From Girardia tigrina (lineage: Eukaryota), in the NCBI GenBank assembly GCA_001938485.1, contig MQRK01246496.1, positions 1 to 57,682 of the forward strand: 57,682 nt of DNA. The letters are read 5' to 3'. A model generated the notes under the pieces. The model made no database searches and was not told the DNA's origin. It was given only the letters and a program-made list of their open reading frames with translations. Made by a program: the position numbers and the translations under genes. Each line of letters begins with the position of its first letter. Position 1 is the stretch's first letter. Below are positions 26,320 through 40,510 of this stretch, piece after piece.

Positions 26320-29300
26320 TGACCCTCCTTCAAAACCAATCATAGCCACAAGATGAGGTTGAAACATTGTGCAGGTTGTCTGGATATATAATATTTAATT
26401 AAATATTTCATTCCCTTCTGCGAAATCATCTGTATATCGGTCTTGGATTCCGCGTACATCTGGTCTGGTATCTTCTCTTTGACCTGAGCTGTTTCATTGC
26501 CCTTTGTTCTCCAAGTTTGTATACTGATCTGAGTCTTTGTTTCCCCACTGTGATCTTCGGTTTCTCTCACTTCTTTGATCTGGTTGTAGTTAAGTTGTAT
26601 TTCTTTATTCTCCCCTTCATGATATAAAATGAATGTCCAGTCGTCGATAATTCTCCTGATAACGAATGGACCAATGTATTTATTTTCAAATCCTTGTGCT
26701 TCTTGATTTTTGAACATAACTTTCTGCCCGACTTGTAGTTTTGCGTTGCACCGATGCTTGTCATACCTTAATTTATCTTTTTTATTTTGGTCCCTCAAAT
26801 TTCTAGTAATGAATTCATGGACTATTTTTTATCTGACTTCTCATTTCATTCACATATTCATCTGTGCTGTGATATTCTGTGTCTGAGAAGGGTTCAGAGT
26901 GAATGAAGTTGATTCTTGGTTGGCGTCCAAACAACACCTCGTATGGGCAATACTTAGTGCTTTTTTGCTTTGTTGTTCGTATTCCCAATTCTATGATTCG
27001 TAGTTTTTCACTCCAGTCTTGAATTCTTCTTTCCTTCATCACCGCGCTGATCATAGGTTTTACCGTTTGGAACAACCTTTCTATTAATCCATTTCCCTAT
27101 GGATAATATGGTGAAGTAAACGTCTTCTTGATTCCCAGTGCTCTACAGTGTTCAATAAATAATTCTAATGTAAAATTAGTACCACTGTCCGAGTGTATTC
27201 GTTCTGGAATCCCAAATTTCGATATCCAATGAATCCATAGATTTTTGATCACTTTTTCTGCTGTTATTATCTTCCTCGGTATTAGGCATACATATTTCGA
27301 GAAATAGTCAATCACACCAAGAATGTATCGGTATCCCTTCCTAGTGCTTGTAAATGGTCCTGTGATATATATTCCGATTACTTCAAATGGTTTTTTGATA
27401 ATCAAGCTCTGTAATGGCGCTTTATTCTTCCATTGATATTGTTGTTTCGAATGCATGGTATGCATTTACTTAAAGTTTCTTTTATGTCTTTAACCATGTT
27501 CACCCAGTAATGATTTCTTGCAATAACATCGGCTGTTTTTTCTATTCCTGGATGTCCCAATTGTCGGTGGTAATTTCAAATTATTTTCCGTCTTTTGTGT
27601 TTTTGCACAATTACTCTATAGATTCCGTCCTTAAATAAATATATAATGTCCCCACGAATTCTGATTTCATGTCCATCGGATTGATATTTCTTTTTCTCAC
27701 CTTTGTAAGTTATTGGATTCAGTAACTTCCGTAACTCTTCATCTGTTTCCTGCTCTCACTCGTTTGGACTCTAGTCACTTTGTTTTTGAATCTCAGTGGC
27801 TATCTGTTCTGAATACTCGCTTTGAGTTTTTCCATTTTTTTGTACACTGGGTATTCTTTTACGTTTCTTTTTTTTGATCTTTATGTTGTAAGGCACACTT
27901 TTTACATGGTGCTGGTCTTGAAAAAGCATCGGCATTATTGTGGTCCTTTTCCTTTCTGAATTCTATTTCGATATCAAATATTTTGATTTCTGATTTCCAA
28001 ATACAGTACTGTGATGTGTTTGGGCTATTCCAGTTTAAAAACCATTTTAGTGCCTGGTGATCCATCCTGACAAGAAAATGTGATCCTATCAAATAGTGTA
28101 ATACAATATGTTCTCTGATTCTTAGTAAGTGTTTTCGAGGCATAAGAAATAACTCGTTCTTCTCCATTTTGGATTTGTGATAACACTGCACCAATTGCAT
28201 CATGTGATGCGTCTTTATCTAAATAGTCCGTCTTTTATAGGTAAAGCTAACACAGGATGTTGTGTGAGATGTTCCTTGAGTCTGTAAATATACTTTTCGA
28301 ATCGTCTGTCCACACAAATTTGGACTCGTTTTCAACATCGAACTTAAAGGACTGGATATTACAGCATAATCTTTGATAAACCTGCGATAATAGTTACAAA
28401 ATCCTAAGAAGGTTTGTAATTCTTTTTTGCAGACTGGTAACTTCCATTCTTTGATGCTCTTGATTTTATCAAGATCTGTCTTCACAGCTTCTTCGTTGAA
28501 TACATGACCTAAATATTTTATCTCTGTTTGCATAAACCGGCATTTTGTTGGAGCTAATTTTAGTCCTGCTTCTTTTATTCTCGATAACACCATTTCTAAC
28601 CTTTGATTGTGTTCTTCTATCATCTTTCCAAAAATCAAAATATCATCAAGATATATAGCACAGTTGATCCAATTTTCTTTTCTTAAAATTAAGTTCATTA
28701 ATTTCTGAAAAGTTGCGGGGGCACCACATAACCCAAACGGAATTCTGGGAAACTCGTATGCTGAATGCAGTTTTATGTATATCTCCTGCTGCCACTGGTA
28801 CTTGGTGATACACACTAGATAAATTGAGGGTAGAAAAATATTTGGATCCCCCAATACTATCGAAAATCTCTTCCGAAGATAGTATTGAAAATATCGGTCT
28901 GTTTGTTTTGTCATTCAGAGCTCTATAATCTACGCATAGTTGAATATCTCCATTCTTTTTCTTAGCTACTACCACTAGATTTGTTCAATTAGATCACTTT
29001 TCCCGATATCCAGTCTAAACGTACTAAAATATCTTTATTCGCCCGTATAATTTCCATTAGGCTATTTCTTGACGTTCGTTTGGTGCTTTAAGGGACTCTT
29101 CAATGCTCTTCAGCATTTCATTTGCGATTTACTCTTTCGTCTGATTCTCCTTCGATGGTTTATATATTGATCTTTTTTCTGTCCTTTGTTCATCTTCATG
29201 ATATAATTCTGAATAGCCCAAGGTCATCCCAGTACGTATCTGTCTTCTTCCTCCTTCAATTTTAGTTAATCTGATCCAAACATATCCGTCATAACATTTG

Positions 29301-30200
29301 ATAAGGCTATCCATTGTCATCAGACCTTTTTCACTGAGCTTCTCTTTTTCTCTTGTAAAAATAAATTCTCGGTTTTCATCACTCATTCTTTCGTTGTAAC
29401 TGTCCACTATCATTCCTTGAATAAAATAATCTTCATAACCACTCGTAGTAATATTATCTAATACAATAATTTTATATAATTCGATATTTTGAGTCTCTAT
29501 CCGGTTGTATCCCGCATTACGACCCGCCCTAATTTAAAGACTCCACCGTTAAGGTTTTTGGGATAAATGAAATCTTAACATTCTGGATTTCGACACAATC
29601 CTCTCCTACATTTACTTTTATTTCGTATTTTTTCATACTTCTTAACCCGATGAAAATGTGAGGAAATATTTTAGGCATAATGTCGAAAACATGGGCTGTA
29701 ATATGTGGTCCGATTGCCACATTAAGTTAAACATTTCCTATGCATTCTTCCCTAGTACCATTTGCACATATTATCTTAGTTCTTGAATCATAAATTTTGA
29801 AATCTGGATTTCGTTCACAAATCTTCTCCACAAACTCTTGACTGATGACATTTAAGTCAGAACCTGTATCGAACATGACTTTCACTGGCATATTCGCCGT
29901 ATTACACTGAATGATCGGTTTCTTTCTCGCTTTCTCGGGTCTTGATTCTGATATTAAAGTCGGTTCATATATAAATATGAACTATAAATTATACAAATTC
30001 TTTTTTAGTCACGCTCCTTGATTGTGAATATAATTACTATATGCTTCTTCCAACGTTGGTTTCTTGATAAAAATGGCCTTTGACTTTTCTTTGTTCCATC
30101 CTGACTTGTATATCCTATTAATTTGAGTATCCTGCAGTTCAATATTCTCCTTCTCTGATGGCCCATTACTTAAAAATTCGTGCTCATCTTCCTGAAAATA
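26320..30200 (-). mobile_element. Ty3/Gypsy remnant B: protease-RT-RNaseH-integrase, frameshifted
   Basis: VMFDTGSDLNVIS protease, LCVDYRALN, YLDDILIF, ADAFSR, GHPG, IDYFSKY, IHSDSGTNF, SH3-like YIGPF; purine tract gaaggaggg near 26323-26332. Confidence 0.92.
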
Positions 30201-30619
30201 TCTTAATCATTTTATTCCACAATCCCGAATTTTTTAAAATAGATTTTTCAAAATCCTGTATTGTCTATTTTGGTTGAGATGGTTGTTTGAATGTTAATAT
30301 TTTGTAGTTTTTAATTGACAATATAATGTACTATAAATTAAAAAAATATATTCATTTGATTCTAATTTCTGTAACATTTAGATACCAGCTCTATCCTTTT
30401 ATCAGAAGCAGAATCTCAGCTTATTGAGCAAGGTATTATTTTTGAAAACTTTAAATTATTAAGATCAATATCAGTATAAAACTAATTGTTGTGTAAATAA
30501 AAGATATTTTGTAAACAAAAATTGCAATAAAAGTTTTTAATATAAAAATATTTAGAAAAAAATTGGTATAAAAACATATCCTATAAGAACTTGATAATAA
30601 TATTTCGATTATTAATGTA

Positions 30620-31778
30620 TTAGGTGTATAACTTAGTTTTTTGGATTTTCTAAGATATGGTGTAACCTTTGTAATAAGCATTATTTTACAGTCGTACGTA
30701 CAGATTTTTAAAGTGCTGAAATCGAGACATTAAAATTAAGTAGGTCATTGACCTTAAATGCGTCATAAACATATTNNNNNNNNNNNNNNNNNNNNNNNNN
30801 NNNNNNNNNNNNNNNNNNNNNNNNNNNNNNNNNNNNNNNNNNNNNNNNNNNNNNNNNNNNNNNNNNNNNNNNNNNNNNNNNNNNNNNNNNNNNNNNNNNN
30901 NNNNNNNNNNNNNNNNNNNNNNNNNNNNNNNNNNNNNNNNNNNNNNNNNNNNNNNNNNNNNNNNNNNNNNNNNNNNNNNNNNNNNNNNNNNNNNNNNNNN
31001 NNNNNNNNNNNNNNNNNNNNNNNNNNNNNNNNNNNNNNNNNNNNNNNNNNNNNNNNNNNNNNNNNNNNNNNNNNNNNNNNNNNNNNNNNNNNNNNNNNNN
31101 NNNNNNNNNNNNNNNNNNNNNNNNNNNNNNNNNNNNNNNNNNNNNNNNNNNNNNNNNNNNNNNNNNNNNNNNNNNNNNNNNNNNNNNNNNNNNNNNNNNN
31201 NNNNNNNNNNNNNNNNNNNNNNNNNNNNNNNNNNNNNNNNNNNNNNNNNNNNNNNNNNNNNNNNNNNNNNNNNNNNNNNNNNNNNNNNNNNNNNNNNNNN
31301 NNNNNNNNNNNNNNNNNNNNNNNNNNNNNNNNNNNNNNNNNNNNNNNNNNNNNNNNNNNNNNNNNNNNNNNNNNNNNNNNNNNNNNNNNNNNNNNNNNNN
31401 NNNNNNNNNNNNNNNNNNNNNNNNNNNNNNNNNNNNNNNNNNNNNNNNNNNNNNNNNNNNNNNNNNNNNNNNNNNNNNNNNNNNNNNNNNNNNNNNNNNN
31501 NNNNNNNNNNNNNNNNNNNNNNNNNNNNNNNNNNNNNNNNNNNNNNNNNNNNNNNNNNNNNNNNNNNNNNNNNNNNNNNNNNNNNNNNNNNNNNNNNNNN
31601 NNNNNNNNNNNNNNNNNNNNNNNNNNNNNNNNNNNNNNNNNNNNNNNNNNNNCTGAAAGATGGTCGAAAGTCATAATTAACGATGGAAAATATTTTGATT
31701 AGAATAAAACTTATTATGTCATATAAATAAACTTGTCTGTTCTGCAAAAAAAACCAAAAAACTAAGTTATATACCTAA
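30620..31778 (+). mobile_element. Mariner (interior is an N-gap)
   Basis: TIRs ttaggt(g/a)tataacttagttttttgg with TA flanks; C-terminus ERWSKVIINDGKYFD. Confidence 0.9.
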
Positions 31779-31922
31779 TAAGTTAAATGAAAAAGAACCT
31801 GAAAAATTAATCATACCAATAAATTTTATTGATGAAGAGAAATTATTTTTAAGTGGCTCCCCGAAAGTTCAATAAACAATTCTCGATCTCACCATTAGAC
31901 TTGAACTCATTTTACATTCTAA

Positions 31923-32934
31923 AAAGGAGCTTACACAGGGGGGAATTAAGGGGACAAATCCCAAGGCCCAAAAAATTTTAATTTTCTATCTTTATTACGA
32001 AGTTTTTAACTGCATAATAATAAGAATAAGTTCACGTGTTTTTTTTCCAAACTTTTAGGATTTTTTTGAAAAACTTAAAAAATATCCCCACCCCCCCGAA
32101 AATCTTAAATCTTAAATCTAAAATCTTAAAATCTTAATTATATCTAATTTTTTTAAATGACTATTAATAAAATTAAGTTAAAATGTTTAATTTTAAAATG
32201 TGAACTATCCAAAATGATTAATATTTTGCAAATTTAAGAAAAAGTTTCCCCCGAAAATTTTTAATTGTGATCTTAATTATTTCTTAATTTTTTTAACTTA
32301 ATATAAGTTTTGCAGAGCATAGAAAATTTTCTTCTCAAAGCATTAAATATACTGCATATAACGAAATTCTATCTATAGAAGCCAGTAATGAACAATGGCG
32401 TAGTGATATTAGTTGCATTAAAAAAATCTTTTTTGGAGAAGTGACTATGTAGAGACACAATTGTACTAATCAAAATATCGTTCAATGGATTTGATGTATT
32501 GCTTGAATATTTTACACTTTCATTTATGTCCTACAATTCATAATATATTGAAGTTATTTGCAACTATACAAGTAACAACAACTACAGCTGAACAATCTTT
32601 TTCTAAATTACGCAGAATCAAGACTTAGTTACGATTGAATTGCTTAGCTATAATGAACATTCACCAAGAATTAATGTTTTTCTTAGACACTGACAAAGTT
32701 ATAGACACTTTTGCGAAAAACTCAAGAAGACTAATGTTTCTGTTTTTAAAATGTATGTAATTATATTTGTCATAAAATTTTTTAAATGTGATATTTCGAT
32801 GTTATTATAAATTTTATTATTTTAAAAGTAATCAATTTACATTTATTAACGTAGAAAATAAAAACTCGAATAAGAAAACAAGTATTACATAATAGTATAT
32901 CCCCCACTGAAATATTTTTCTGCGTATGTGCCTG
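31923..32934 (+). mobile_element. Internally deleted hAT element
   Basis: 8-bp TSD cattctaa at 31915-31922 and 32935-32942; dimerisation motif VTTTTAEQSFSKLRRIKT at ~32570-32625. Confidence 0.85.
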
Positions 32935-33704
32935 CATTCTAACAATCGTTTAGATTCTCCCAAAACAAACGATAAATTGTAATGTATTTTAATTTCAATT
33001 AAACGATAGTTTTGTGTTCTTTATTCTCTTAATTTATTATTTGATCTGGAAATGTTTTACTTTGATATTTAAAACAAATATGTTGAAAAAGTATATTAAA
33101 AAGATTATTAAAAACATCAACTTAAAAAATATCTACTGTTTATGCAACTTTTATTATTATCAGATTCAATACTCATAATTCAACGCCAAAATTTTTATTA
33201 ATGATAACAATTCACATATTTAAACAAATTTCTTGTTAATTCAATTATTTCGCCAAAAGTTAATTAATAAAACTTTTCTTCTGATTCAATTTTTAATATA
33301 TAATAAATTTTACAACTTAAAATTAATAAAATATTTTTCACATTAAAACTAAAAATTTTACAAAATTTTATCCTAAAGCTAATTAATTTAAATTTACTAT
33401 AAGACTTTTATTTAAAAAAATATTTTCTTAAAATATTATAAAGTTTAATCCTTTTATTATCTATTTTAAAATTTATTTAAAATTATTTCATTACTTTTAT
33501 TAAAATATATCAATTATTATGACTGTAAACATATTTTTATTTTTAAATAAGTATTTAATCTTTAATAATTTTCTTAATTATATCATTTGTAATTTTAAAA
33601 TATTTAATAAACATATTAAAATAAAAACATTTTTATTTTTAAATAAGTATTTAATTTTTAATCGTTTTCTTTATTTTGATTTTAAACTTTTGTATTTATT
33701 TATT

Positions 33705-34166
33705 TTTTTTACCACGTTTTATTTAACTTGCTTTGGGTTCTGTCTGTCTTTCTGTTTGTTTGTGATGTTTCACTTTTCACACGCTTTTTTAGACCACTTC
33801 CACTCATCCGATCGTTCTGAAATTTTTTATGTAGGCTTCTTATGCCTGACATTTTGAGATTGTAGCATCTCTGCATCTCAAAAAATGCGCTAATAAATTC
33901 AAATTAATTAATTTTAATTTTATATGGACTAAATTAAAATATAAAATTTATAAATTATAAAATTAAATCTTGGTATACTACTTATAATAATAAGTAGTAT
34001 AATAATACNNNNNNNNNNNNNNNNNNNNNNNNNNNNNNNNNNNNNNNNNNNNNNNNNNGCAGTAATTCAGAAATCCGCCCCACGTTTTTGGTTAGGTATA
34101 AAATTTCTCACATGTCTAGAAAAAAATTATTTTCCTCTTTTTAGTCCATATGAAAACGTGGTTTTT
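33705..34166 (+). mobile_element. Helentron-associated (HINE/DINE-like) element
   Basis: TTTTTACCACGTTTT start, ctgtctgt microsatellite seed, inverted aaaacgtggt near the 3' end followed by a T-run. Confidence 0.55.
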
Positions 34167-34871
34167 AAAAATTTTTTTATTTATTTTTAACTTTCAAATT
34201 AAAAAAAAAGTAATAAACTATTTTGGTGAAATACAAATTTAAATTATCTACCAAAAAATTATTTTTCCGTCATATTTCGAGTGAAGTAAAACTATTTATT
34301 TAAAAGATGAAATATTGTATTCCCTTTACTGTTTTGTTTTATGTATTTAATAAATTTTGATCTCTTTTCATATGGTTCCCATTTCGTGCAAATACCATTT
34401 TTGTTTTAAAATGTACTTTAGTCAATTAATATTCAGAATTTTTTAACAAGAAACAAAATTTGTTAGTCTGAATCCTTAAAATAAAACTGTTCCAAATCTT
34501 TTTTACTTTATCATTTGTTTTTCTTTGTTAATGTATTTTGACCTTTTGGTATATTTCAAACGTTGGTCAAACTGACCTTAGTTTAATTGACCGTTAGTTG
34601 ACATGGCTTTACTCAAAACGATTTAGACGAATCGACCTAGAACCAAATTTTTTGATAACAGTGATTATTATATATAAAATGAAAATTCCTTTTTAAGAAG
34701 ATTTTTTTTGATTCTAGAGTTATAAAAAAGTACTTCATTAAACATGATTTCTATCTACTAGAACTACTGAATTTAATGTAATTGTTTTCTACGAAAAGAG
34801 GCCAAAGATGTTTAAGAGAAACTATTTTTTAAAGAAATATTTATTTATTTTCTCTGAATATAATGGATGCA

Positions 34872-35012
34872 GAATGTCGAAGACATGGGCTATAATATGT
34901 GGTCCGATTGCCACATTAAGTTGAACCTTTCCTATGCATTCTTCCATAGTACCATTTGCACATGTTATCTTAGTTCTTGAATCATAAATTTTGACGTCTG
35001 TATTTCGTTCAC
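34872..35012 (-). repeat. Orphan ~140-bp copy of the Gypsy B protease region (29680-29820)
   Basis: Near-identical to atgtcgaaaacatgggctg...ttcgttcacaa. Confidence 0.85.
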
Positions 35013-35957
35013 AACTGTTCTGTGAAATACGATATGTTTTGTTTAACTAATATACAATAAATATATATTTTATTAGCATAACAACTTTTAATATAGAGAA
35101 ACCAAGGCAAAAGTGCTGTCAATTTATAAGGTGACAATGATTGTTTCTTTTTTATCTTTTTAATTATTATAAATAATGGCTATTTTTAGAAATTTTAATG
35201 GGTTTTTTGTGTTTTCAAAACATGAAATTAGATATCTACAGAAAAGATCGTCAGTAAATTTGCTTGAAAAATTGATATTTTCATAAAAATAAATTGGATT
35301 ACCGTATTTTAATAAAATTTCTACGAAATAATATGGAAAGGGTTTTTTATTTATGTTTGACTATGTTGAAAGTTTTCTAACAGCTTTTATATAATGTGCG
35401 TTTTTAAAATACTGATTTACTTGATGAAAAATAAGGATTTGTTTAAACTAATTTTTTAAGTTTAGATTTTTTCAATTCCATTTGATTTCAAAAGGATTCT
35501 GATAATTAACAGAATATTTAATGAACCTGAATTAATAGATTATGTTTGAAAAATATTATTAAAAGAAACTTTATGCAAAATAACACTAGAAAAAAGAAAA
35601 ATACCTTATGACAATATTTTAGTGGGGTTTAGATTCGAATTTGGACTGCTATGCTTTTAGAAGAATTTGTTCAAATGAAAATATAACTTTTATTTTATTT
35701 ATCTTAGTGTAAAAGAAAATGTTTGTATATTAAAAAAAAACAGAACAAATGTTAACATTAAAAAGACAAAATTTTATTCACTCTTGCCAACGTTAATAAT
35801 AAAATTGAATAAAACAATTATCTACTTAGCTAATGATTAAGTTTCCAGGAAAGTTATCATAGTTTGTGTTAGTGTTTGTTGTTCGTCTTATAATAAATAA
35901 ATATTCAACGTCTTTGTGTTTTAATTTCACATCATTTACAGAATGTTTTGATTTATC

Positions 35958-36435
35958 TGAGGGTATACTTTTTTTCGAATTGAATCTTTATATATTTTGT
36001 TTAGATTTAACAAAGTCTTTCGTATTAACAACATCAATATGAGTTTTTAAACATTTATTAATATCACTAGCGCCTTCACTATTTGACATTTTTCTTGATT
36101 AATATATTTCTAAATTCATATTAATCTTTTCAATAAATGAAAATCATTTAATAAAAATTATTAATTATAAAGATTCTAATTGGTTAAAATTAAATCTAAA
36201 CATTTTTTTAAAAAGTACACATTAAATTATTATATTCAAATTTTAAATTACATTAAAAATTAAATAATACATTTAAAAATTATTTTAAATCTTTTTACTT
36301 TAAAATTAAATTAAATTATTTTCAATTAGTAGGAATCAAAGAAAATACTAATCATCCATCTGGATAGGAGAGACACAATCCGAATCAACATACAACATGA
36401 ACAATATCAACAAACAATTCAAAACATTCCTCACA
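35958..36435 (-). mobile_element. Solo-LTR-like family X copy
   Basis: Minus strand starts TGTGAGGAAT, then GT-rich tract and ttgtgtctctcctatccagatggatgatt; left boundary tentative. Confidence 0.55.
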
Positions 36436-37559
36436 TATCGAATGAGTAATTTCGAAAGATATTTTATTTTAAATTTCAATTGGAGAAATCCGTGGCCGAT
36501 CAAAAACTTAACCAAGTGTGAGATCTGAAAGTGTTATAAAAAACGGTCGACCTAGATGTCAGTACAGTGATTCGAAAACACTGGAGAAAGCTGACCCATA
36601 CAAAACGGTTTTTGGGATTATGAAAGAACTAAAAATCAGTCACACCGATGTTTCAGTTAGTTATAACCTAACTTCCAAATGCTTTCTTTTCAAGTGTCAC
36701 TGAAGTTTACTTGGAACCATTAATCTATTTGAGAGTTTTTGGACAAATAAAGGAAACATAAAAATAAATATCTTTTTTCTGATTGAATTTCATTAAATTT
36801 CATTTATTTTGATATTTGTACTTGGTCAAACTCCTCTTTGAGTTTAAATCTTGATTTTAGACATGTTTTTGTCTAGTTTTTGATATAACAAATTTATCCA
36901 TAATCAGTTACTTGGTAGTAAAATAAATCAGTAAAAAGTGTTAATTAATTTCTTTTTTGTAATAAAAACAGTTTAGATCACACTTTAAAAGTAATTTATG
37001 ACTTAAGTAATAAATTTATAATCTTGCTAAAATCGAAGAAATATGTATTATTAATCAATTACTAATAATAAAAAATTATGTTTGACTTAAACACTTCGAT
37101 AAAAAAACTTAAAAAGGGTATATCAATTTAATTAAAATAAAAGCTGAAATTATTAAAAAAGGCTTTGAGTTTAAAAGACTACTAAAGTAAAATTACACAT
37201 TTCCAAAATAACATTCATTTTGCTCATTGAATAAGCTTCTAAAAGAGTATTTTAGAAAATGACGAAATCACTTAAAATGTATAAGGCTTAAAAACAAAAA
37301 AATCTTAAAAATAACTTAAAAAACAAAATTATGATTATTTATTTTATTAGAACAATCTATTTAAAATTCAATTTAGTGGTACAGAACATTTATTCTATTT
37401 TTAACTGTATTATTGCTCGATTTTATGAATATAAAAAATTATTTTTAGAAAAGATTTAAATTAAAAGAACAAAAATATAGATCAGTACTTACTGTGGTGA
37501 GTGACATACAGTGCATTTTCTATATGTAAGTCTACGAGAGTAAAACAGCGAAATTTAGG

Positions 37560-37680
37560 TCATTTTTAGACATTTGACCTTGACTGACCTTGACTGACCT
37601 TGGCCGAACTTGGATTACTATAGCGGTCCGGGGGAGGTCTTGTGGTCTTGAAAGCCCATGCATGTTTTAAGTATACCATA

Positions 37681-37725
<45 letters not shown>

Positions 37726-38772
37726 TTTATATATAATATTAAAAGGTTATGTATCATGCTTACGGTAACTAAGGTACTTGTGATTGTTGAAGTGACACAT
37801 TAGATGATTCATGAGGTATTGGTTGATGGTAAATAACATACATATAGCACATGGGTTTCATATATATATATATACGAAAAAATCGATTTTTAAGCACTTT
37901 TTTTCAGAATCTCAGAATTATTCGAAAAAATTGATTTTTCATTCTGTTTTCGAAAATGTTGATGTAGAATCGGAATGTACGCATATGGGTTACTATTCAA
38001 GTGCATCAGCACATTTTTGATATTCGGCTTCCTTATGCTTCTAAAATCGATGTGCTTTTTGTGTAAATTTGCACATTATTTTAATTATAGGAAAAAGTAA
38101 TAAATATATGAAAATTCTAATTGCACATTCAGATAGAAAATCAAAATATGAATAAATACATGATATCGATTTTCAACACTAGCACTTTTTAAAATTTTAT
38201 GTATTGATTTTTTCACTTTTGAACATTTGTAGCCTAAATAGCACTGTGTTAGCACTTTAAAAATTTGCGGCACAATGTACACTATTTATTAACACTTAAA
38301 ATATCGATTAGCACGTCTGGGCACTGTGCAGTGCTTGATTAGCACTTTTTTATACGGTTGCTAGGGAAGGGTCACGGTTGCTATGGATACTGTTACCGTT
38401 ACCATGGGTACAACCGCCTTGAAAAACCGTACCCATTGTTGATGAAAACGGCCCCTTTGTTACCGTTGTTAAGGAACCGGGAACCAATCAGAAGCGTTTC
38501 TGTCTAGGCTAGGGTGATCGCGACCGTTCGAGGCCTACCTGAGACCAATGAGAAGCGTTTTTAAGGTGATCGCGACTGTTGACCTTGACTGATCTTGAAT
38601 GACCTTTGGCTATTATAGCGGTGTGGATTGCTGTTGACGAGACCTATCGAAAAATATATAGTTTATGGGGTCTTGGCCCCACCCGGTACCCGTAATTTGC
38701 TGTGATAAACAAAATATACGGACATGATGAATACAATATCGCATTTTTTTCATATGAGAAAATGCGATTAAA
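37560..38772. mobile_element. Non-coding repeat element with tgaccttgac repeats, duplicated CCAAT modules and 3' hairpin (Helitron/Helentron-like)
   Basis: accaat(c/g)agaagcgttt..ggtgatcgcgac twice (38483-38580); hairpin atcgcatttt..aaaatgcgat at ~38738-38768. Confidence 0.4.
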
Positions 38773-40319
38773 ATTATTAACAAACCTTATGTGAAGAACG
38801 TATACAAAATTCATTTGATTAGAAAAATACTTGCATTGAAGGATAAATTGGTATCTTAGGTAATAAAGAGTTATAGTAAAAAGAATCTATTTTCATATAT
38901 TTTAAATTATTTCGCTGCTCATAATTTGCGTATCACTTGAAAGTGTAATACTTTTAAGGTTACAATTTAAATTTTGATATTTTGTTAAGGTTTTTTATAT
39001 GTTTTTAATGTCAAAAATTAAATTATAATATTTAAATGTATTGCAACTTAAAAAATTATTTAACGCATTGCAAATACTAAAGAAGAAGTTAAGTAATAAA
39101 AAATTATATAACACTTAAATTTTAAAAAATTAAAAATTAATTCTAACAAAAAATAGTTTTACTAATTTTAATTCGGTCAAAGTTACTAATTATTAAAAGT
39201 TTTACTCGTAACAAGTATAACAGATAAATCAAAATAATCTAAGAAATATTTTCTATTTTGGAAAATTGGAAGAAATAAACAATAATTAAATATAATTCAA
39301 TTATTAAAATTTTAATCTCATCCGGAAGAATGTATGATATTTTTACTCGCTTAAAGATAATGTTATTAAATGTATCAAATCCTGCTATAACAAGCTTTTC
39401 AAACTAAATTACAGTAAAGCCAAATGTCTATTTTATCCATTACTGTAATTGAAATCCAGTTATTATTTTTTATTTATTAAAAAAAATTCCTAAACTTCCA
39501 TTTGAAAATTAAGAAAAAAAGTAAAATTTGCACCAAATAGATATAAAGTGATCGTTTGCTCATTTGAGTCAATTGAATTATCGTTCACGATTATGATCAA
39601 ACTCATTTTTCATTTTTTTAATTTTTAAAGATTGATTAATTACAATCTTTAAGAATTTCTTTGATGGAGAAAAAGAGACATTTTAATTCATTTTATGTTA
39701 TAATTTAATCAATATTTGTAATATCATTTTATTTGTACTTTTAATAGATGAATTTTCTTTTGAATTTGTAATTATTTTCAAAATTATTCATTCATATGAA
39801 AGATTATATTTATGTGAGTATCATGTCTATCTTTAAAATTTTGAAAGTGAAACCTTAACCAAATAATTCAAAATTATATTATTGACATAATATTAGAATA
39901 TCCTACAAATACGCAAAAATTATTAAAAATTTAAAATTTTATTGAATAGTTTTATTTAGAAATAAGTACAAATATTCAAGATACAGGCAATCCTTATCCA
40001 TTACTTTTCATGAACAATCAGCAATATTATATGGTAGAGGCGGTTGTCTGTCCGCCTCAACAAATAAAATATTATTTGTTGAGGCAGACAACAAAGTTTT
40101 GATTGAACAATTGTTTGGAGGGCACAGAAAGATTAGGCATCCAATAAAACGCGTTTATCTTATTAATAATTCGCGAATCTATGAACTTGTCCGATCATAT
40201 AATAAATTTAAAAATACTGGTATGACAAAGGTCTACTTGCATAGAATAGGAAGATTGCTGAAGAACAACTTTGCTTATATTCCAGAGCAAAATGATTACC
40301 AACTTAGTTGAATTTTATT

Positions 40320-40510
40320 GAAAATATTTATTTTATGTGTAATAAATTTTGTGTTATAAATTTTATGTAAATTGATGCTAAATAATTTTTTTCTTTATTG
40401 AATTAATTTATTTTAAATTAAATTTTATGCTTAATAAATTTTATGTGTAATAAATTTTATGTGAACTAAATTTTATGTGTAATAAATTTTATGTGTAATG
40501 TCTGGGTACC
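40320..40510. repeat. Tandem aataaattttatgtgt units ending tctgggtacc; probable Mutator/foldback terminus
   Basis: Direct repeats visible; terminus interrupts a family X copy. Confidence 0.5.

Noticed and set aside
33519-33857. Hydrophobic F/L/I-rich ORFs (also 11505-11702, 30451-30681, 56400-56666)
   Set aside because: Compositional by-products of AT-rich low-complexity DNA.
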